A stretch of DNA of 64,000 bases from the human T2T-CHM13v2.0 reference genome, Homo sapiens. The translations under genes were made by a program, and so were the position numbers. The notes beneath the pieces are model-generated. The model searched no databases. It was not told where the DNA came from and saw nothing but the letters and a program-made list of their open reading frames with translations. Below are positions 54,201 through 64,000 of this stretch, piece after piece (positions within the stretch are counted from its first letter, which is position 1; each line of letters opens with the position of its first letter). The DNA lies in NCBI RefSeq assembly GCF_009914755.1, contig NC_060930.1. The stretch is one strand, 5' to 3'.

Positions 54201-57200
54201 TACATTGAGAGCGCTTTCAGGCCTATGGTAGAAAAGGGAATATCTTTCCATAAAAGGTAGACAGAAGCAATCTCAGAAACTACTTTGTGATGTGTGCATT
54301 CAACTCACCGAGTGCAACGTTCCTCTTGACCGAGCAGTTTGGAAACATTGTTTCTGTAGAATCTGCAAGTGGATATTTGGACCTCTTTGAGGCCTTCGTT
54401 GGAAACGGGATTTCTTCCTATAAACCCAGACAGAAGAATTCTCAGAGACTTCTTTGTGATGTGTGAATTCAACTCACAGTGTGGATCCTTCCTTTTGATA
54501 GAGCAGTTTTGAAACCCTGTTTTTGTAGTATTTCCAAGCGGATATTTGGAACGCCTTGAAGCGTATGGTAGAAAAGGAAATATCTTCCCATAAAACCTAG
54601 ACAGAACCAATCTCAGAAACGACTTTGTGATGTCTGCATTCAACTCACAGAGTTGAACATTTCTCTTGATAGAGCAGTTTTGAAACCCTCTTTCTGAAGG
54701 ATCTGCAAGTGGATATTTGGAACTCCTTTGGGTCTTCGTTGGAAACGGGATTTCTTCGTATAAATCTAGACAGAAGAATTCTCCGAAACTTCTTTGGTTG
54801 TGTGCATTCAAGTCACAGAGTGGAACCTTCCTTTGGATAGAGCAGTTTGAAACGCCGTGGTTGTAGTATTTCCAAGCGGATATTAGAGCGCCTTGAGGCC
54901 TATGGTAGAAAAGGAAATATCTTCCCATAAAACCTAGACGGAAGCAATCTCAGAAACTACTGTGTGATGGCTGCATTCCACACACACGGTGGAACATTTC
55001 TCTTGATAGAGCAGTTTTGAAACACTCTTTCTGTAGAATCTGCAAGTGGATAATTGGACCGCCTTGAGGCCTTCGTTGGAAACGGGATTTCTTCATGTTA
55101 CTCTAGATAGAAGAATTCTCAAACACTGCTATGTGATGTTTGCATTCAAGTCACAGAGTGCAACATTCCTCTTGGTAGAGCAGTTGGGAAACACTCCTTT
55201 TGTAGAATCTGCAATGGGATATTTGGACTTCTTTGAGGCCTTCGTTGGAAACGGGATTTCTTCGTATGAATCTAGACAGAAGAATTCTCAGAAACTTCCT
55301 TGTGATGTGTGCATTCAACTCAGCGAGTGGCACCTTCCTTTGGATACAGCAGTTTTGAAACACTGTTTTTGTAGTATTTCCAAGCGGATATTTAGAGCGC
55401 CTTGAAGCCTATGCTAGAAATGGAAATATCTCCCCATAAAACCAAGACAGAAGCAATCTCAGAAACTAATGTGTGATGGCTGCATTCCACACACACGGTG
55501 GACCATTTCTCTTGATAGAGCAGTTTTGAAACACTCTTTCTGTAGAATCTGCAAGTGGATAATTGGACCTCCTAGAGGCCTTCGTTGGAAACGGGATTTC
55601 TTCATCTAAACCTACAGAGAAGAATTCTCAGTAACTTCTTCGGATGTGTGCATTCGACTCACAGAATGGAACATTCCCTTTGATAGAGCAGTTTTGAGAC
55701 ACCGTTTTTGTAGAATTCCCAAGTGGATATTTAGAGCACTTTGAAGTCTCTGCTAGAAAAGGAAACATCTTCATGTAAAAAGTAGATAGAATCGTTCTCA
55801 GAAAGTGCTTAGTGACGTGTGCGTTCAACTCACAGAGTTTAACGTTTCTTTTGATAGAGCGTTTCTGAAACACCCTTCTTGTAGTAGCTGCAAGTGGATA
55901 TTTGGACCTATTGGAGGCCTTCTTTGGAAACGGGATTTCTTCATGTAACTCTAGATTGAAGAATTCTCAGAAACTCCTTTGTGATGTGTGCATTCAATTC
56001 AAAGAGTGAAACCTCCCTTTTCACAGAGCAGTTTTGAAACACTGTTTTTGTAGGATTTCCAAGGGGATATTTATAGCGCATTGAGCCTACGGCGGAAAAA
56101 GAAACATCTTCCTATAAAAACTAGACAGAATACTTCTCAGAATCTGCTTTGCGATGTGTGCGTTCAACTCACAGAGTAAAACTTTTCTTTTGATAGAGCA
56201 GTTTTGAAACACTCTTTTTGTAGTATTTGCATGTGTATATTTAGAGCGCATTGAAGCCCACAGTAGAAAAGGAAATAACTTCACCTAAAACCTAGACAGA
56301 AGCAATCTCAGAAACTACTTTGTGATGTGTACATTCAACTCACAGAGTGGAACTTTCCTCTTTATAGAGCAGTGTTGAAACACTCTTTTTGTAGAAACTG
56401 CAAGTGGATATTTGGACCTCTTTGAGGCCTTCGTTGGAAACGGGATTTCTTCCTATAACCCTAGACAGAAGAATTTTCAGAAACCTCATTGTGATGTGTG
56501 CGTTCATCTCACAGAGTGGAGTCTTCCGTTTGATAGAGAAGTTTTGAAACCCTGTTCTTGTAGGATTTCCAAGTGGATATTTAGACCACTTTGAAGCCTA
56601 TGATAGAAAAGGAAACATCTTCATGGAAAACATAGATAGAATCATCCTCAGAAACAACTTTGTGATGTGTGCGTTGAACTCACCGTCTTTAACCTTTCTT
56701 TTGGTAGAGAAGTTTTGAAACACTCTCTTTGTAAAGTCTACAAGTGGATATTTTGAGCCCTTGGAGGCATTCTTTGGAAAAGGGAATGTCTTCACATAAA
56801 AGGCAGACGGAAGTGTTCTCAGAAACTGCTTTGTGATGTCTGTGTTCAACTCACAGAGTTTAACATTTCCTTTGATAGAGCGGTTTAGTAACCCTCTCTT
56901 TGTAGAATTTGGAAGTGTATACTAAGAGCGCTTTGAGGCCTATGGTAGAAAAGGAAATATCTTTCCATAAAAGCTAGACAGAAGCAATCTCAGAAACTCC
57001 TCTGTGATGTCTGCATTCAACTCACCGAGTGGAACATTCCTCTTGAGAGAGCAGTTTGGAAACACTCTTTCTGTAGAATCAGCTTGTTTGTATTTGGACC
57101 TCCTTGAGGCCTTCGTTGGAAACGGGTTTTCATCTTATAAACCCAGACAGAAGAATTCTCAGAGTCTTCTTTGTGATGTGTGCTTTCAACTCACCGAGAT

Positions 57201-60200
57201 AAAGATTTCTCTTGATAGAGCAATTTGGAAACACTCTTTTTGTAGAATTTGCAAGGGTACATTGAGAGCGCTTTCAGGCCTATGGTAGAAAAGGAAATAT
57301 CTTTCCATAAAAGGTAGACAGAAGCAATCTCAGAAACTACTTTGTGATGTGTGCATTCAACTCACCGAGTGCAACGTTCCTCTTGACCGAGCAGTTTGGA
57401 AACATTGTTTCTGTAGAATCTGCAAGTGGATATTTGGACCTCTTTGAGGCCTTCGTTGGAAACGGGATTTCTTCCTATAAACCCAGACAGAAGAATTCTC
57501 AGAGACTTCTTTGTGATGTGTGAATTCAACTCACAGTGTGGATCCTTCCTTTTGATAGAGCAGTTTTGAAACCCTGTTTTTGTAGTATTTCCAAGCGGAT
57601 ATTTGGAACGCCTTGAAGCGTATGGTAGAAAAGGAAATATCTTCCCATAAAACCTAGACAGAACCAATCTCAGAAACGACTTTGTGATGTCTGCATTCAA
57701 GTCACAGAGTTGAACATTTCTCTTGATAGAGCAGTTTTGAAACCCTCTTTCTGAAGGATCTGCAAGTGGATATTTGGAACTCCTTTGGGTCTTCGTTGGA
57801 AACGGGATTTCTTCGTATAAATCTAGACAGAAGAATTCTCCGAAACTTCTTTGGTTGTGTGCATTCAAGTCACAGAGTGGAACCTTCCTTTGGATAGAGC
57901 AGTTTGAAACGCCGTGGTTGTAGTATTTCCAAGCGGATATTAGAGCGCCTTGAGGCCTATGGTAGAAAAGGAAATATCTTCCCATAAAACCTAGACGGAA
58001 GCAATCTCAGAAACTACTGTGTGATGGCTGCATTCCACACACACGGTGGAACATTTCTCTTGATAGAGCAGTTTTGAAACACTCTTTCTGTAGAATCTGC
58101 AAGTGGATAATTGGACCGCCTTGAGGCCTTCGTTGGAAACGGGATTTCTTCATGTTACTCTAGATAGAAGAATTCTCAAACACTGCTATGTGATGTTTGC
58201 ATTCAAGTCACAGAGTGCAACATTCCTCTTGGTAGAGCAGTTGGGAAACACTCCTTTTGTAGAATCTGCAATGGGATATTTGGACTTCTTTGAGGCCTTC
58301 GTTGGAAACGGGATTTCTTCGTATGAATCTAGACAGAAGAATTCTCAGAAACTTCCTTGTGATGTGTGCATTCAACTCAGCGAGTGGCACCTTCCTTTGG
58401 ATACAGCAGTTTTGAAACACTGTTTTTGTAGTATTTCCAAGCGGATATTTAGAGCGCCTTGAAGCCTATGCTAGAAATGGAAATATCTCCCCATAAAACC
58501 AAGACAGAAGCAATCTCAGAAACTAATGTGTGATGGCTGCATTCCACACACACGGTGGACCATTTCTCTTGATAGAGCAGTTTTGAAACACTCTTTCTGT
58601 AGAATCTGCAAGTGGATAATTGGACCTCCTAGAGGCCTTCGTTGGAAACGGGATTTCTTCATCTAAACCTACAGAGAAGAATTCTCAGTAACTTCTTCGG
58701 ATGTGTGCATTCGACTCACAGAATGGAACATTCCCTTTGATAGAGCAGTTTTGAGACACCGTTTTTGTAGAATTCCCAAGTGGATATTTAGAGCACTTTG
58801 AAGTCTCTGCTAGAAAAGGAAACATCTTCATGTAAAAAGTAGATAGAATCGTTCTCAGAAAGTGCTTAGTGACGTGTGCGTTCAACTCACAGAGTTTAAC
58901 GTTTCTTTTGATAGAGCGTTTCTGAAACACCCTTCTTGTAGTAGCTGCAAGTGGATATTTGGACCTATTGGAGGCCTTCTTTGGAAACGGGATTTCTTCA
59001 TGTAACTCTAGATTGAAGAATTCTCAGAAACTCCTTTGTGATGTGTGCATTCAATTCAAAGAGTGAAACCTCCCTTTTCACAGAGCAGTTTTGAAACACT
59101 GTTTTTGTAGGATTTCCAAGGGGATATTTATAGCGCATTGAGCCTACGGCGGAAAAAGAAACATCTTCCTATAAAAACTAGACAGAATACTTCTCAGAAT
59201 CTGCTTTGCGATGTGTGCGTTCAACTCACAGAGTAAAACTTTTCTTTTGATAGAGCAGTTTTGAAACACTCTTTTTGTAGTATTTGCATGTGTATATTTA
59301 GAGCGCATTGAAGCCCACAGTAGAAAAGGAAATAACTTCACCTAAAACCTAGACAGAAGCAATCTCAGAAACTACTTTGTGATGTGTACATTCAACTCAC
59401 AGAGTGGAACTTTCCTCTTTATAGAGCAGTGTTGAAACACTCTTTTTGTAGAAACTGCAAGTGGATATTTGGACCTCTTTGAGGCCTTCGTTGGAAACGG
59501 GATTTCTTCCTATAACCCTAGACAGAAGAATTTTCAGAAACCTCATTGTGATGTGTGCGTTCATCTCACAGAGTGGAGTCTTCCGTTTGATAGAGAAGTT
59601 TTGAAACCCTGTTCTTGTAGGATTTCCAAGTGGATATTTAGACCACTTTGAAGCCTATGATAGAAAAGGAAACATCTTCATGGAAAACATAGATAGAATC
59701 ATTCTCAGAAACAACTTTGTGATGTGTGCGTTGAACTCACCGTCTTTAACCTTTCTTTTGGTAGAGAAGTTTTGAAACACTCTCTTTGTAAAGTCTACAA
59801 GTGGATATTTTGAGCCCTTGGAGGCATTCTTTGGAAAAGGGAATGTCTTCACATAAAAGGCAGACAGAAGTGTTCTCAGAAACTGCTTTGTGATGTCTGT
59901 GTTCAACTCACATTTAACATTTCCTTTGATAGAGCGGTTTAGTAACCCTCTCTTTGTAGAATTTGGAAGTGTATACTAAGAGCGCTTTGAGGCCTATGGT
60001 AGAAAAGGAAATATCTTTCCATAAAAGCTAGACAGAAGCAATCTCAGAAACTCCTCTGTGATGTCTGCATTCAACTCACCGAGTGGAACATTCCTCTTGA
60101 TAGAGCAGTTTGGAAACACTCTTTCTGTAGAATCAGCTTGTTTGTATTTGGACCTCCTTGAGGCCTTCGTTGGAAACGGGTTTTCATCTTATAAACCCAG

Positions 60201-63200
60201 ACAGAAGAATTCTCAGAGTCTTCTTTGTGATGTGTGCTTTCAACTCACCGAGATAAAGATTTCTCTTGATAGAGCAATTTGGAAACACTCTTTTTGTAGA
60301 ATTTGCAAGGGTACATTGAGAGCACTTTCAGGCCTATGGTAGAAAAGGGAATATCTTTCCATAAAAGGTAGACAGAAGCAATCTCAGAAACTACTTTGTG
60401 ATGTGTGCATTCAACTCACCGAGTGCAACGTTCCTCTTGACCGAGCAGTTTGGAAACATTGTTTCTGTAGAATCTGCAAGTGGATATTTGGACCTCTTTG
60501 AGGCCTTCGTTGGAAACGGGATTTCTTCCTATAAACCCAGACAGAAGAATTCTCAGAGACTTCTTTGTGATGTGTGAATTCAACTCACAGTGTGGATCCT
60601 TCCTTTTGATAGAGCAGTTTTGAAACCCTGTTTTTGTAGTATTTCCAAGCGGATATTTGGAACGCCTTGAAGCGTATGGTAGAAAAGGAAATATCTTCCC
60701 ATAAAACCTAGACAGAACCAATCTCAGAAACGACTTTGTGATGTCTGCATTCAAGTCACAGAGTTGAACATTTCTCTTGATAGAGCAGTTTTGAAACCCT
60801 CTTTCTGAAGGATCTGCAAGTGGATATTTGGAACTCCTTTGGGTCTTCGTTGGAAACGGGATTTCTTCGTATAAATCTAGACAGAAGAATTCTCCGAAAC
60901 TTCTTTGGTTGTGTGCATTCAAGTCACAGAGTGGAACCTTCCTTTGGATAGAGCAGTTTGAAACGCCGTGGTTGTAGTATTTCCAAGCGGATATTAGAGC
61001 GCCTTGAGGCCTATGGTAGAAAAGGAAATATCTTCCCATAAAACCTAGACGGAAGCAATCTCAGAAACTACTGTGTGATGGCTGCATTCCACACACACGG
61101 TGGAACATTTCTCTTGATAGAGCAGTTTTGAAACACTCTTTCTGTAGAATCTGCAAGTGGATAATTGGACCGCCTTGAGGCCTTCGTTGGAAACGGGATT
61201 TCTTCATGTTACTCTAGATAGAAGAATTCTCAAACACTGCTATGTGATGTTTGCATTCAAGTCACAGAGTGCAACATTCCTCTTGGTAGAGCAGTTGGGA
61301 AACACTCCTTTTGTAGAATCTGCAATGGGATATTTGGACTTCTTTGAGGCCTTCATTGGAAACGGGATTTCTTCGTATGAATCTAGACAGAAGAATTCTC
61401 AGAAACTTCCTTGTGATGTGTGCATTCAACTCAGCGAGTGGCACCTTCCTTTGGATACAGCAGTTTTGAAACACTGTTTTTGTAGTATTTCCAAGCGGAT
61501 ATTTAGAGCGCCTTGAAGCCTATGCTAGAAATGGAAATATCTCCCCATAAAACCAAGACAGAAGCAATCTCAGAAACTAATGTGTGATGGCTGCATTCCA
61601 CACACACGGTGGACCATTTCTCTTGATAGAGCAGTTTTGAAACACTCTTTCTGTAGAATCTGCAAGTGGATAATTGGACCTCCTAGAGGCCTTCGTTGGA
61701 AACGGGATTTCTTCATCTAAACCTACAGAGAAGAATTCTCAGTAACTTCTTCGGATGTGTGCATTCGACGCACAGAATGGAACATTCCCTTTGATAGAGC
61801 AGTTTTGAGACACCGTTTTTGTAGAATTCCCAAGTGGATATTTAGAGCACTTTGAAGTCTCTGCTAGAAAAGGAAACATCTTCATGTAAAAAGTAGATAG
61901 AATCGTTCTCAGAAAGTGCTTAGTGACGTGTGCGTTCAACTCACAGAGTTTAACGTTTCTTTTGATAGAGCGTTTCTGAAACACCCTTCTTGTAGTAGCT
62001 GCAAGTGGATATTTGGACCTATTGGAGGCCTTCTTTGGAAATGGGATTTCTTCATGTAACTCTAGATTGAAGAGTTCTCAGAAACTCCTTTGTGATGTGT
62101 GCATTCAATTCAAAGAGTGAAACCTCCCTTTTCACAGAGCAGTTTTGAAACACTGTTTTTGTAGGATTTCCAAGGGGATATTTATAGCGCATTGAGCCTA
62201 CGGCGGAAAAAGAAACATCTTCCTATAAAAACTAGACAGAATACTTCTCAGAATCTGCTTTGCGATGTGTGCGTTCAACTCACAGAGTAAAACTTTTCTT
62301 TTGATAGAGCAGTTTTGAAACACTCTTTTTGTAGTATTTGCATGTGTATATTTAGAGCGCATTGAAGCCCACAGTAGAAAAGGAAATAACTTCACCTAAA
62401 ACCTAGACAGAAGCAATCTCAGAAACTACTTTGTGATGTGTACATTCAACTCACAGAGTGGAACTTTCCTCTTTATAGAGCAGTGTTGAAACACTCTTTT
62501 TGTAGAAACTGCAAGTGGATATTTGGACCTCTTTGAGGCCTTCGTTGGAAACGGGATTTCTTCCTATAACCCTAGACAGAAGAATTTTCAGAAACCTCAT
62601 TGTGATGTGTGCGTTCATCTCACAGAGTGGAGTCTTCCGTTTGATAGAGAAGTTTTGAAACCCTGTTCTTGTAGGATTTCCAAGTGGATATTTAGACCAC
62701 TTTGAAGCCTATGATAGAAAAGGAAACATCTTCATGGAAAACATAGATAGAATCATTCTCAGAAACAACTTTGTGATGTGTGCGTTGAACTCACCGTCTT
62801 TAACCTTTCTTTTGGTAGAGAAGTTTTGAAACACTCTCTTTGTAAAGTCTACAAGTGGATATTTTGAGCCCTTGGAGGCATTCTTTGGAAAAGGGAATGT
62901 CTTCACATAAAAGGCAGACGGAAGTGTTCTCAGAAACTGCTTTGTGATGTCTGTGTTCAACTCACAGAGTTTAACATTTCCTTTGATAGAGCGGTTTAGT
63001 AACCCTCTCTTTGTAGAATTTGGAAGTGTATACTAAGAGCGCTTTGAGGCCTATGGTAGAAAAGGAAATATCTTTCCATAAAAGCTAGACAGAAGCAATC
63101 TCAGAAACTCCTTTGTGATGTCTGCATTCAACTCACCGAGTGGAACATTCCTCTTGATAGAGCAGTTTGGAAACACTCTTTCTGTAGAATCAGCTTGTTT

Positions 63201-64000
63201 GTATTTGGACCTCCTTGAGGCCTTCGTTGGAAACGGGTTTTCATCTTATAAACCCAGACAGAAGAATTCTCAGAGTCTTCTTTGTGATGTGTGCTTTCAA
63301 CTCACCGAGATAAAGATTTCTCTTGATAGAGCAATTTGGAAACACTCTTTTTGTAGAATTTGCAAGGGTACATTGAGAGCGCTTTCAGGCCTATGGTAGA
63401 AAGGGAATATCTTTCCATAAAAGGTAGACAGAAGCAATCTCAGAAACTACTTTGTGATGTGTGCATTCAACTCACCGAGTGCAACGTTCCTCTTGACCGA
63501 GCAGTTTGGAAACATTGTTTCTGTAGAATCTGCAAGTGGATATTTGGACCTCTTTGAGGCCTTCGTTGGAAACGGGATTTCTTCCTATAAACCCAGACAG
63601 AAGAATTCTCAGAGACTTCTTTGTGATGTGTGAATTCAACTCACAGTGTGGATCCTTCCTTTTGATAGAGCAGTTTTGAAACCCTGTTTTTGTAGTATTT
63701 CCAAGCGGATATTTGGAACGCCTTGAAGCGTATGGTAGAAAAGGAAATATCTTCCCATAAAACCTAGACAGAACCAATCTCAGAAACGACTTTGTGATGT
63801 CTGCATTCAAGTCACAGAGTTGAACATTTCTCTTGATAGAGCAGTTTTGAAACCCTCTTTCTGAAGGATCTGCAAGTGGATATTTGGAACTCCTTTGGGT
63901 CTTCGTTGGAAACGGGATTTCTTCGTATAAATCTAGACAGAAGAATTCTCCGAAACTTCTTTGGTTGTGTGCATTCAAGTCACAGAGTGGAACCTTCCTT

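Larger units (their letters stand above)
486..63649 (+). repeat. D6Z1: 21 complete BamHI-to-BamHI HOR units; most likely D6Z1 / S1C6H1L (human chr6 active array, suprachromosomal family 1)
   Basis: GGATCC occurs once per unit at 486, 3543, 6600, 9657, 12714, 15771, 18825, 21373, 24427, 27484, 30542, 33596, 36650, 39707, 42258, 45315, 48369, 51426, 54483, 57540, 60594, 63650. An ~3-kb, 18-mer, BamHI-defined HOR with a dimeric A/B ground plan is the established description of D6Z1. Not confirmed by alignment. Confidence 0.9.
1..64000 (+). repeat. Alpha satellite higher-order repeat array (centromeric); runs off both window edges
   Basis: ~170-bp monomers with hallmark alphoid motifs (TGTGATGTGTGCATTCAACTCACAGAG, TTGATAGAGCAGTTTTGAAACACTCTTT, CTTCGTTGGAAACGGGA) throughout, all in one orientation. 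The ORF track recurs at 308, 3365, 6422, 9479 and so on (period 3057). Confidence 0.99.

Noticed and set aside
63395-63410. 1-bp deletion in an A-run (unit of 3056 bp) creating a new 65-aa ORF
   Set aside because: A single homopolymer contraction that cannot be distinguished from a sequencing error. The ORF is a frameshift artefact.
1-64000. Possible LINE/Alu insertion, inversion or hidden non-satellite cassette
   Set aside because: Every BamHI interval is fully accounted for by 3057 bp or the described indels, and all boxes stay on the same strand. There is no room for foreign sequence.
1-64000. Claim that this window is the kinetochore site (centromere dip region)
   Set aside because: High homogeneity and intact CENP-B boxes fit an active array, but CENP-A occupancy and hypomethylation are epigenetic and cannot be read from sequence.

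Overview
The whole 64 kb is uninterrupted primate (almost certainly human) centromeric alpha satellite: ~170-bp monomers in one orientation, organised as an 18-monomer, 3057-bp higher-order repeat (HOR) with one BamHI site per unit. Unit size, the BamHI periodicity and the dimeric A/B organisation fit D6Z1 (S1C6H1L), the active chromosome 6 array; this is recognition, not a database hit. There are about 21 near-identical HOR copies. Each canonical unit has 7 intact CENP-B boxes, 2 degenerate ones and 9 pJalpha-type monomers. I see no genes, RNA genes, transposon insertions or inversions, and all listed ORFs are by-products of the repeat. I cannot support a new biological system here. The real signal is array microevolution: two independent 15-mer deletions templated by an internal ~0.5-kb duplication, a recurring 3-bp-deletion HOR haplotype, blocks of shared SNVs, a cluster of private substitutions right after the second deletion, and sporadic CpG-transition loss of CENP-B boxes. 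Variant calls were made by eye, so counts are lower bounds.
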